Below, one piece after another: positions 48,931 through 60,739 of a DNA stretch of 64,000 nt. Under the pieces are notes generated by a model. That model searched no databases. It saw only the letters and a program-made list of their open reading frames with translations, and had not been told where the DNA came from. The stretch comes from Dimorphilus gyrociliatus (taxonomy: Eukaryota; Animalia; Annelida). Position 1 is the first letter of the stretch, and every line of letters starts with the position of its first letter. The DNA lies in assembly GCA_904063045.1 (NCBI GenBank), contig CAJFCJ010000118.1, positions 36,723-100,722 of the forward strand. The letters are read 5' to 3'. A program made the translations under genes and the position numbers.

Positions 48931-51247
48931 TCAGGCTATAAGCTGTTTTCTTTCTTTCATAATATGTTTTAAAAATTCTCCAAAGGCAAGAATATCCTGT
49001 TTTTCAAACTTGCTTGAAAAATTTTCATATTCTAAATTGTCCACAACATAACTATTCTTTTTACCCTTTTAAGCAAAAATGTTTTAAGTAATTTGTATTA
49101 GTGCATTTAATTAAAAAGTAAAATGCTTTAATCAACCTCAACAATTGAAATGTGATTTTTCAAGACTTTTATATTTCCACAAAGTTTATAGTTATGAAGC
49201 AAAGCTAAATTTTTAATTGTTTCCAAACAGCAATAGAAATATTCATAATTTTTAAAAAACTTGTAATTTATATTAACTTTTCTGAATTTTTCCATTGAAA
49301 ACATATGCATTTGATAATTTATAATGGCCATAACTGAAAAAAAAGGCAATTTTGTATTAATTTCACAGCTTTCTCTTTACCTTTCTCAATTTTTTCATTC
49401 ATCATTCTTTCTATAAAATTTTGTCTAAAAGTTTATAATTGTTAAATAAAGTACAAGATAAAAATAGACATACTTCATTATTCTCTTTCTGGCCTTTTCA
49501 AAGCTTAAAATTCTAAACATATCCTCTGTTGCATAAATGTATGGATTGATAACAGGATTTATTGGAACTAAAAAGCCAACAATTAGAGTGTAGGTGTTAT
49601 TATTTACATTAAACTTGAAAAATATTGATAAAAGAGCTATTTAAATAAACAAAAATTGACTTTTTTTGATCAGTTTAATGACAAAATAGACCTAGTAAAA
49701 AAATTGGTGTGCAGCAAGCAATGTTTGAAATTGATAGAACATAAATGCTTGTAGAAATGCGTTTGTTCGAGATAATTTTATTTTTTGCTGGTAATCTTGA
49801 TTTTTTAACAGTGAAATATACTTTAATATACAAGGACAGAATTATGATACTAATAATCATTGAAAATATTCCATATATCATAAAAGAATAAATCCATCCT
49901 TGGGTTCTATCATTTCCAATATAGATATTTAAACAAATTGGAACTTTGGAGTAATAATCCTACAAAAGTCTTTGATGTAAAAAAATATACAATATTAACT
50001 TTATGTACTTGAAAAAATATCAAAGGTGTGAGAGCAACAATAAATGAAAATAGACAAATGCCAAAAATGATATGTAAAGTATAATTTTTCATCAGGCTCC
50101 TCTGAAGAGGATATAGAACAACTTGATATCTTTCAATTGATATTGCCAATATACTCAACAATGAAAACGTCAATGAAAATGACATGATTGTGCCAAGAGT
50201 TTTACAAAATGGACTGTATCTCCATATCTCTTCTTTTTCCAGATATTCTTCACTGTGAAATTGACTATCAACTATACAAATAGAAAATAGATGGATATTT
50301 GATAACAAGTCACCAATAAGTAAACAAAATCTATAAGATCTAGAAGTTTTTTTCTTCTGTGTAATTATTATATAAATTCCTAAAAGATTTCCAAATAACC
50401 CAATACTTGAAAAACACCAACTTGAAATTTTTTGATAATTTGAAGACAAAACACTATTGCAATTAATGAAATATGGTTTTTCAGGTGAACATAATAAATT
50501 CATCATTGAAAATTTTTCTAAAAAACAACAAATTTGAAAATTTTCTGTTATTGCAACACTTAAATATTTCATATTTTTGAATAAATGAATTATGTTTTTA
50601 AATGGAAGAGTAGTGTCATTCAAATATAAATATTTCAAATATTTAAAATGGAAAAAACTTTTTTTTTCCAAATTATTTATTTTACTCTTTGATAGAATTA
50701 GAGTTTTTAGAAGAGTAAATTTTCTAAAATGAGATTCCCGTAGATAATCAATATTTATGTGAGAGATATCTAATATCAATATATTTTTTGTATTAAATTT
50801 CTGTAGAAAGTCAATTGTTTCCAAGAAATTGAAAGACAGATTTAAATTTTGAAGTAAAGGAAGATGAATATCTTTTGGAGTTAAAAGATTGAATAGTAAA
50901 TTATTAGCTAGAGAAAATGTTACTAAATTTGGAAAGTTAAATGATGATAGTGTTAAATTTTCAAGAGCATAGTTTTTTTCTATTTTAAAAATTACAAGAT
51001 TTCTCGAATGAAATGATCCTTGCCACGTAAAATTTCCCTCAAATATAGATTTCTTGGTGTATTTCACAATTTCTGTTGGTAGTAACAACTGTTTAGTAGT
51101 TTTGCATATTTGTTCATATTGAAATGTATAAGTGCATGGGTCAAATAGGTTCTTTATTTTTTTTCCATTACAGAATATTTCATCAGAACTTTCTTTACAA
51201 TCAATCATATCATTACATACTTTATCATGAAAAATATAATAATTTTC
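48931..51247 (-). pseudogene. GRL101-like LGR receptor 3, 5' part replaced by a retroelement; probably pseudogenised
   Basis: LDLa VCNDMIDCKESSDEIFC, LRRs, QICC hinge, SIERY, and TM7 VPINPVINPYIY. A TGA follows TM7 at 49498-49500, and there is an apparent frameshift in the last tail exon. Confidence 0.85.
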
Positions 51248-52173
51248 TGTACTTTGTTGTATTGTAATTGTAGGAATTTCTGGTTCGTCACAACTGTAAT
51301 CGTCCTTTCCAATCATTTACCAACTTGCCAAAGTACTGGTCCAAATAGAACCTTTAAAGTTCGTCCACAAATAGTCTAACAAAGGCAATTTCGGTAGAAA
51401 TTGATTAACAAAACACCAGTATTTCGTCCAAAGAATATGTATTGAGTAAAATGAGCTTCTAGTTCTAAACAAGCTAGTTTAAACAACTAGCTGACGGTTA
51501 GAAAACTGAACNNNNNNNNNNAAAAAAGTAATATTTTATTATTAAAGAGAAAATTTCACATATTTTACACATAGGACTGTAGAAAAATGGGAATATTTGT
51601 TCAGTCCTAGAGAAAGAGAGACTGATAGTTGCATAGAACTCTTTTCACTATCTTTGCTTTAATATATTGATGTGTTGCTGTCTCTTTTGCAAAAGTTTTT
51701 TAACTAATAAGCCTAATGAACAAATATCATTTTTCTCATTTGTTTCTGTTCTATTATAAATATTTTCTATTTTTAAAATGTATTTCTTAGTAGAAATCTG
51801 AAAATTAGTAAATTCAAATGACTGAATATGAACTACTGAAGTGTTACCTCATAATAAAGACAGTCTATTGTAAATGCTCCATTAAGTGACATGTTTTCCA
51901 AATGTGACAGACTTAGACCCTTTGTTAAGTTCACTATGGATTCAAGCATTTCATGATTCCCCAAAAACTGTATACACAATACTGTTGGATAGTGAATATA
52001 ATCTAAACTTAGAATTTTAGCATAATTGATAATTAATTTAACTAGTTTTAGTTGAAAATCCTAAATGTATGGATTAATAAATTGTAATATTAATGCTAGG
52101 TTGCAAATAGCAATATTCTTTATATAATTTAATAGGTTTTATTGCTTCCACAAAAGGTCTAGGACTTGTGACA
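51248..52173 (-). mobile_element. Probable 3' LTR (family A) of the env-bearing element; its middle is divergent or misassembled around an N gap
   Basis: It starts TGTCACA at 52173 after a purine-rich AGAAAAAATGGTGA. 52145-51960 matches 378-550, and 51511-51248 matches the family A 3' end. The ~926-bp span is similar to the 953-bp solo LTR. Confidence 0.65.
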
Positions 52174-52439
52174 ATTATGTTATCACCATTTTTTCTGAAC
52201 ATAGGATAATTTTGCAGTTCTATTTCTTCTGATTCAGCTGTTGGAGCTGAAGGTAATCTTTTGTTTTTGTCAATAGTTTAGACAGTCTGGTAAATTGAAC
52301 TCTTTTCAGTTTTTTCTTCCAAATAAAGTAAATGAAGAATCCAATTCCAATCAAGAGTATAATTGGAAGAAGTGTGTCTATTAGTATTTTGAAAGGTTTT
52401 CTTATCCATGAAGAAAATAGATGTTGTGTTGGTGACAAG

Positions 52440-52622
52440 GATACTCCAAAGGATCCAGATCAAATTCGTCATGGAGGGCTTTCCATATTTCCTCCACAGT
52501 AGGCTCTCCATCCAGAGCCAACACCAAATCCTTTGCAGGACCAGTTAAATAATCTAAAAGATTTGCTTTCACAACATCTTCTCCTATCCAACCATAAGCA
52601 TAACATGCCTGATTAAAGTCTT
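52440..52622 (-). repeat. 183-bp exact copy of gypsy B gag sequence embedded in the env-like gene
   Basis: Identical by eye to 58501-58683 (DFNQACYAYGWIGEDVV...DLDPLEY). Confidence 0.9.
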
Positions 52623-53218
52623 CAATTGGTTCTTCAATTTCACTGTTGATTTTCATTCTGATTGATTGTGCTGCTGCTGTTTGGAACCTGCATCCTTTCC
52701 TTGTATAATAGATAAATGTCTTCTTGCCAGAATGTATGGCATATTGGTTTTGTTCTGCATCCAAAATGATTTTTCTTGATCTTGAAGAGATGCTGAATTT
52801 GGTCACATGTACCATATTTTATGTCTTCTTTAGTGATGTGGTAAGCATGATGAAGTATTGGATCAATTGAGAATAGGAGATCTTTATATTTGATCAGAAA
52901 TTCTTTTGAACATAATCCATTTTTTGTTATAATTGTTGTGTCACAAACTACTTGAACAGTTTTTAATTCTGTACATGTATTGAGGGTTGTTAGATCTCCT
53001 AACCATGTACTATGGGTTCCATGTTTAGATCCAAGTATTGTTGGTAGTTGAGGTGATAGTGGTGTAAGTAGGGCTATCATCCTGTTTCTCATGATAAATT
53101 CTTTGCATAAAAGTTGTGAAACTTGTTTAAAAACTGTTGGAAAGTTTTGAAAATTTTTGTCAATATTGTTTAACAGTGCAGCTGTTATTATAGCATCTTT
53201 TTATATTTATTTGGTGTG

Positions 53219-54171
53219 TGTACACATTTAGGCAGTTTGTAGGTACTAAACACATAAGCTTGTAACCAGGCTCGCAAATTCACACAATACACCCAAATTG
53301 TTACATTTCATTCATCAATGGAAAGCAATATTGAAAGAGTATTATAGAGTACTCTACACACCTAAAACTACAACATACACTATTTAAACTAAGTTGTAAA
53401 AGTATTTTACAACTTAGATGTTAACCCTAATTATTATACACATCATATTTAATGAATATTAATTATATCTTCCACTATTCTATTTATATTTGGAGCTTTT
53501 AGATTATTGTCACTTTTCAACAGTATTGTATGCACAATACTATATTGGATGATTAAGTTTAATACTTTTATCCTACCAGTCCTTTACACAGAAACATATT
53601 ATCTTACACAAACAATTATTATTAATAATTTGTTGTATATTAAAACAGCATCAAGTTGACCTTTTCCTATTTTTGTGTTTTGGAATCAATCCAACTTCTA
53701 TTAATAATTGTTACATCTTAGGCAACTTTCTGACCTACTAAAATAGGGAGCAAAAGTTCTCCAAGATAAAGAAAAAGTAACAAACATGGAAGTATATTTG
53801 AACTTTCCCTTTATCCAAATTGTTACATTTGTTTGTGTGAATATTTTTATCCGTGAACTGTGAACTATTGGAAAAGTATATAAACCCTACGAATTTAACA
53901 GTAGTCAGTTCAGTTTTCTAACCATCAGCTGGTTGTTCAAACTTGCTTGTTTAGAACTAGAAACTCATTTACTCAAATACATATTCTTTGAATGAAATAC
54001 TGGTGTTTGTTGGTTAATCTTTACTGGAATTACATTTATTAAGACTACTTGTGGACAAACTTGAAAGGTTCTATTTGGACCAGTACTTTGGCACATTGGT
54101 AAATGATTGGAGAGGACGAATTTGATAGTGACGAGCTAGGACTTCCTACAATTACAATACAACAAAGTACA
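53219..54171 (+). mobile_element. Solo LTR family A variant (953 bp) with 5-bp TSD GTGTG, inserted antisense into the env-like gene
   Basis: TGTACA...AAAGTACA is flanked by GTGTG at 53214-53218 and 54172-54176. TATA-like AAGTATATAAACC lies near 53875. Confidence 0.9.
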
Positions 54172-54988
54172 GTGTGATTCTGGAATTTCTATGCTTTTTA
54201 ATTGTTTCCTCTTTCATTTGTGATTTATTGGTTTTCTTTGTAAAAGTGTATATTTGTATTTGTTGTTAATATCCCAGATGTCTGGAGAAATAATTTCTTT
54301 GACAAACCAAGTCCTCACTAATGGTGTTGCATGATTTCTTAACAGCATATGCTAGGTTTTGTCACCATCTCTATACCAATCATTATATGTTAAAATATCT
54401 TGTATTTCTGTGACATTGGCCTTTCTTAGTGATGTTTTCTTTCCAATATATTTCTCCATACTATTAGCTTCTTTATTTGAAATGATCTTGTAGTTTGTAT
54501 CCTCTGTTATTTTATTGTCAGCATAACTGGAATTTGTAAGATCAGTTCTAATATCCTTCTTTACCCCATGGTGGAGTAGGTCAGCTAATCAGGCAATTTC
54601 AATTTTTGGTTCAGAAAGGTGATTGTGGATATTTAACTGAATGGATTTTGCAGACACAGTGTGAAATCTGCATCCTCTTTCTGAATAATACACATATGTT
54701 TTGTCTTTCATCAGTTGGTTTCTTATAGGATTTAATTGATTGTGAGTTGTTTTGTAGAATAACTGGTTAGACCTACACTCATTATAGGTAATCTCTTCCA
54801 AATTGACTTGCTGTAACACATGAGTAACTGGTTCCACTTGGAAAAGCAGAGAAGACTTGACAGCTGTTGGGTAAATTTTTTTAAATTCTTAAAATTTGAA
54901 TCAATACCATGTAGTAAGGTAGCTGTTTGGGCAGCTTCTCTCATTTCCAGTGGGAATTTATGGTAGGGGTCTTTAGTTATATTATGTT

Positions 54989-57900
54989 TCAGACTTATGT
55001 TTGGCCAATATTATAGCATTTTCTTGCGTAGGTTTTAAGATGTACATGTATAAGTTGCATAAAATAATAGAGTTCAAGCATGTAAAATATAACCAAAGTT
55101 GTACACTCTGATAGGAAGTATTCCACCATTTGTTTGTTGGTTCCTTACTGTCACTGTGTTAACTGTTATAGGTTGTTTGTTAGCTAGTCTTAGTCTACTA
55201 TCATGATAGAATTTTCTTTTATCTGCCAATATTTGTAATTCATACAAACATTTTGTAGTATCAGTAGCAGTTACAAGGTATGGTCCACTCCATTTGCTTG
55301 TATTTATTCTGTTCATTCCTTGACCAATGTTTTCATTTCTTATGTGTACCCTATCACCAATTTTGTAAGTTGGTGGTTTTCTTGTAATAGCTTTATTAAC
55401 TCTATCTCTATATTTCTTCTTTGTTAGAACAGATTTACAAAGTGCTGTTGCTCTAATTTCTTCAAGTTCATGTTTTCTATCAAATAAGAATTTTGTTGTT
55501 GGTTCTAATATTGGAACTTCCATTAATAGATCTAAGACATTTCTATTCTTCAATCCAAATAATATTTCATGTGGGGTTTTGTCAGTGCTTCCAACTGGTC
55601 AGGTAAAACCAGAATGTTTCTTTCTTCAAGGATAATCCAGATCATTTCCTTGTGAACAAACATCTCCATTATCAAAAGGTGTAAAAGTTCCAAAATAAGG
55701 AATAGGTAGCTGACCATCCAGTGTTAAATATTCTTTAATTGATTTTAAATTCACATCTTTTTCTTGCTCTGACTGTAAGTCAACAGAAGACAAATCAATT
55801 TTCTCTTCACTGTTATCACTGGTAGCTACAAAAGTTAACTCTGGTGTATGTTCATACTGTTCCATTTTAACTGAAATAGAGGGAGAATTCTCCTCTTTGA
55901 TTCTTCCATGAATTAGCTCTTCAAATGTTACTTTCCTTGGGGGTGTATATTCTTCTAATCTTGTTAATGCATCTGCTCTATTTTTTCGTCCTGTCACATA
56001 GTTAATTGTAAATTTTAAATCCATTAAAGCCATGACCCATTTTGCTGTGCTGACATTCAATTTGTTTTGCTTAAATGTTTGTACTAGACTCTGATGGTCA
56101 GTATATAAAAAGAATGGCTTGTCTTGAAGGTAATGTAAAAATTTCTTTACAACCCAGTAAACACCAAATGCTTCCTTTTGATAGGCTGCATATTTCATTT
56201 GATTATTGTTGAATTGTTTTGAAGCATAGGCAATGGGTTTCATTGTTTTCTTCCCATTCTCATCTACATAAACTTGTTCAAGAACTCCTCCTACAGCTAC
56301 ATTTGATGCATCTGTTGTTAAGTGAAAATCTTTAGCAAAATCAGGTAGTTGTAATACAGGAGGGTTAACTACTGCATCTCTCAACTTGAAAAATGATTGC
56401 TTGGCTTCCTCAGTCCATTGCAATTTATCCTTTTTCCCATGTAGTTTCATTAACATATACAGAGGTTTAGCTACTCTTGCAAAATCTTGTATAAATTTTC
56501 TGTAATAGCCACAAAATGCAACAAAGCTTAGTAGTGAATTTGCAAACACTGGTGGCTGTAAATTATATAATTTATCTGTCTTGGACTTATCTGTTTCAAT
56601 CCCCTTTTCTGATAAAATTTTTTGTTTTGGACAATGTGTCCCAAGAATTGAACTTGTTCTTTCAAAAACACACATTTACTTAGTTTAATCTTAAAATTGT
56701 ATTTTTGAATCTGTTGAAGAATGGTCTCCAATGCTTCCCAATGTTGGTCCAGCGACTTGGTAAATATTATTATGTCATCAAGGTAGTTTAGGCACAAATG
56801 CTTTACATCCTTTAGCACAAATGAATTCATTACATAACTAAAATGAGGAGGGGCATTCATTAATCCAAAAGGCATCTTAATAAATTCAAACAAGCCAAAA
56901 GGTGTAATAAATGCTGTTTTAGACCTATCTTCTTTCTTGATGTTAATGTGGTGGTATGCACTTGTCAAATCCATTGTAGAAAAGAATTTATTTCCTCCTC
57001 CCAAATGGTCAAAAAGATCATCTTGATTTGGCAGTGGATACTTGTTTTTAACTGTCATTTTGTTTAGTTTTCTATAATCTACACACATTTGTAGACTACC
57101 TTCCTTCTTTCTTACGAAAACAATTGGTGAAGCCCAATTGCTCTTGCTTGGTTGAATAACTTTGCTTTTTACCAATTCAGCTATCTGTTGCTTACATTCT
57201 TCCTGTTTTTGAGGAGGCATTCTATATGGCCTTTGTCTATATGTTGTTGAACCTGGTTCAAGAGTTATTTCCAAGGGTGGTACCTCTGGATTGCCAATAT
57301 CAAATCTGTCTTCTGCAATAGTTTCTTTATATTTCACCAAAATTTGGGTAACTTTGTCCTTTATCTCGGGATTTTCTTGTTCAATTGTTGTCTGAAGGGT
57401 ATGTATTTGACTCTCATTCTTTTTCATAATAAGAGGAACTGGGTAAAATCCTTTGAAAGATAAGTGTTGTGTTCCAACAGGGTAATTCTTTTCTGTACCT
57501 GGCTGGAGTATAATCTGTCTCTTGCCAAAGTCAAGGGTAGCTCCATTTTGTTGTAGAAAGTCACACCCAATAATACATTGTTGTGTAATGATTTTGTTGA
57601 TCAGAAAGCATTGTTTAATAATCTTTCCATTAAAATAAAGTCTGAGAATGATTTCTCCACATATCTTGATGCTATTTCCTGAAGCATCTCTAGCATTTTT
57701 CACAGTTTGTTCTGGGAAGGATGCTTTTCCTTGAACTTGTCTTAATACCTTTTTTGAAATGAAAGATCTATCACTACCAGAGTCTATCAAGGCATCAAAC
57801 TTAAAACCAGTATTAGTTTCAAATTGTCCAATAAATGTTGAAGCATTTCGCTCAGATTGTTTGCTTTGTAACAGCTGACAAGTGGATTTGTCACTATCTG

Positions 57901-59706
57901 AAAAACAGAGAATATCTTGAACTTTGTCGCTTTCTGACATGCTTTCATTGTCTAATGTTTCTAATTTTTGTAGCTTAGGTTCCTCTTTCAGTATCGTCTT
58001 TGCTGGTTGATTTTTCTTATAATACCTATTTGTTGTAGTTGGTGCATACTTTTGGACTTTTTGGCTTGAAAACTTTTCTTTAGTACCATTTTTGTTGTCA
58101 GGTACATGCTTTCTATTCCAAAAATTTGGGGTTTCTGTAGAAGCATCTTTTCTGATTACCTGGGTCTTTTTGGTCTCTTTTCTTTGTTGAGTTTCCAATT
58201 TTGACACCATTGTGATCAGTTTTCTTTGAGTTAGTTTTAATGAAGTTTCTGCTTGCTTAGCAGCCTCATATAGTTCTCCCAATGTTTGACATTTAGGATG
58301 TAAGGTGTACACTAAATGTAGAATATCCTGTTGTAATCCTCTTTGTAAAACTTCCATCAGTTTTATTTCTTTCATAGTTGCAAGCAATTGTGGTTCCATT
58401 GGTCTAGGTGGAGAAAACCTCTTTATCAATTTCTTTGCTCTATTAACAAACTGAACCACACTTTCGCCATTCATTTGCTTTAAGTTAAGCAATTTCTCTT
58501 GATACTCCAAAGGATCCAGATCAAATTCGTCATGGAGGGCTTTCCATATTTCCTCCACAGTAGGCTCTCCATCCAGAGCCAACACCAAATCCTTTGCAGG
58601 ACCAGTTAAATAATCTAAAAGATTTGCTTTCACAACATCTTCTCCTATCCAACCATAAGCATAACATGCCTGATTAAAGTCTTTTTTGAATTTTGAACAC
58701 TCCTTGCTTCCATCATACAACTTGAGAATAGTTCTTTGAGGGCGGTCCCAAGCAGCCCTTAATGCTTGAATTACTGTTGTGATATCAACATTTGGGTTCT
58801 GAGCTGGGTGATGTGTTCCATCTCCATGATCTGTTGGAATTGTGATTCGATTTCTTTTCATTTCACTCACCAATCTATCATAGTCTTCAATTAGTCTTTG
58901 TTGCCTTTCTGACATTCCTGCTGGCTGAATTGTAATTGTTGGAGTTGCTGGGGTTGAAGGGTTACAGTCTGTAACTGCCCCAGTGGCATTTCCAATTCCT
59001 CCTTCTGCCATATTTACTTTCTCAAAACTTTTGAATAAACCAAAAGAATATCCTGTCGACTGCACCAAATTTGTACTGCTCTTGCTGGCAAAATCTATGC
59101 GTTTGCAAGTTATAACAATACTGGTTCTACTCGAACCTTTAAACAAATGTTTAAATTAAAACGGTTTATTCGCAATAATAATACTTAAGCAAGTAACAAT
59201 ATGAGAGTTCGATAGCAGAGTAGATAGTTTGTAATAGCAGGTTGCCAAATTACCAAACTGTCTTCCAATGTTGAGGAGTAGATGGATGGTTCCAGTGGAG
59301 GTTGTTTCCAGATGATTTTCCCAGGTCCTTGGGTCCAGATGGAAGCTGCATGCCAAATGAGAATAATGAGGATTTATATACTTTGAGGTTTGTCTCTGAC
59401 ATCCAATCATCACTTTACAGTTGCCGAAATGTGTAGTTCATATTTATCTTTAGTAACAGGATGTTACAAGGTTCAACATTTAGGAAAGTTAATTGAATTA
59501 TAACTAGGCCACACCCTAGGCAAGTTAATTAAATTATAACTTGGCCAAACCTTTATTGGTAATTAAAGATGAGCCTTCAAGCTGACTAATCAGACTTATG
59601 TTTGGCCAATGTTATAGCATTTTCTTGAGTAGGTTTTAAGATGTACATGTATATGTTGCATAAAATAATAGAGTTCAAGCATGTAAAATATAACCAAAGT
59701 TGTACA
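54989..59706 (-). mobile_element. Ty3/gypsy element B: 5' LTR 59706-59072, PBS, gag-pro-RT, RNase H, integrase C-terminus only, and a truncated 3' LTR (55105-~54989)
   Basis: Gag starts at ATG 59011. Protease LIDSGS, RT LNYLDD, RNase H TDASNVAVG/YTDH, and integrase tail TPHEILFG...WSGPY are present. The HHCC and DDE core is absent, and there is a frameshift near 56600. Confidence 0.95.
59050..59067 (-). promoter_or_regulatory. tRNA-Ser-type primer-binding site of gypsy B
   Basis: TGGTGCAGTCGACAGGAT, 4 nt from the LTR end. It differs by one base from the element C PBS. Confidence 0.78.
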
Positions 59707-60458
59707 CTAGCATTAATATTACAATTTATTAATCCATAAATTTATGATTTTGAACTAAAACTAGTTCAATTAATTATCAATTATGCTTAAATTCTAAGTT
59801 TAGATTATATTCACTATTCAACAGTATTGTATACATAATACTGTTCTTTTTAACATGCATTAATCAGATATACTTCCTCCTTATATGCTGATGCTAAATT
59901 TACTAACTCAATCAATTGAATTTCATTATTAAGGTAGAATATAAAAATGGTCAAATATACAATCTACATGTTTTCTTGATTGTTGGACTTGTCCTACTAA
60001 AATTGTTACATCTTATGCAACTCTCCAACCTTCGAAATTCAACTATTATTTAGAAGAGGAAAACAATAAAAACATGACCATATTTAGAACTTTTCTTTGT
60101 CTTCAAATGTTACTTTTGTTTTTGTGAACATTGAAATTTGTGAACTATCAACCCTTAAAAGAGTATATAAACCCTACGAAATTAACAGTTGATAGTTCAG
60201 TTTTCTAACCATCAGCTAGTTGTTTAAACTAGCTTGTTTAGAACTAAAAGCTCATTTTACTCAATACATATTCTTTGGACGAAATACTGGTGTTTTGTTA
60301 ATCAATTTCTACCGAAATTGCCTTTGTTAGACTATTTGTGGACAAACTTTAAAGGTTCTATTTGGACCAGTACTTTGGCAAGTTGGTAAATGATTGGAAA
60401 GGACGATTACAGTTGTGACGAACCAGAAATTCCTACAATTACAATACAACAACGTACA
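59707..60458 (+). mobile_element. LTR family A copy, 5' part displaced by gypsy B
   Basis: Near-identical to 425-1160. LTR B abuts it at CAAC|CTAGCATT relative to the other copy. Confidence 0.85.
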
Positions 60459-60739
60459 CAATGAGATTTTAAATAGTATGCTCTCCTAAAATATCAATAT
60501 GAAAAACAAACTTGCAAACTGGACTACCAGTGACTTGATGTAGTTTGAGAATTATTGAGTTGGGTTCATAAGAATTGGCTTTTACTAAGGCATTTACAGT
60601 AAATGGTGTTGAGTGTCCTTAGTCAACTAACATTTGAAATTGTTACATTACATTTTTATATAAAAAGTAAAACAAAATAAAACTACTTAGAAAGAATAGT
60701 TGACTGACAACTAAGACTCATCAATTCATTTTGGCCAGA

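Larger units (their letters stand above)
52220..54985 (-). pseudogene. Fragmented envelope-like gene(s), class III (gB/chuvirus-like) fusion glycoprotein pattern, with a C-terminal TM anchor
   Basis: LLCKEF...LSP...KHG...WLGD...LNTC...GLCSKEFLIKY...IDP...YGTC at ~53130-52800; TM TLLPIILLIGIGFFIYFIWKKK at ~52380-52300; a second paralogous fragment at 54590-54985. Frameshifts, stops and insertions are present. Confidence 0.7.

Noticed and set aside
59012-59146. N-terminal extension of the 872-aa gag-pol ORF
   Set aside because: It starts at a non-ATG codon within the LTR and reads through the PBS. The likely start is ATG 59011.
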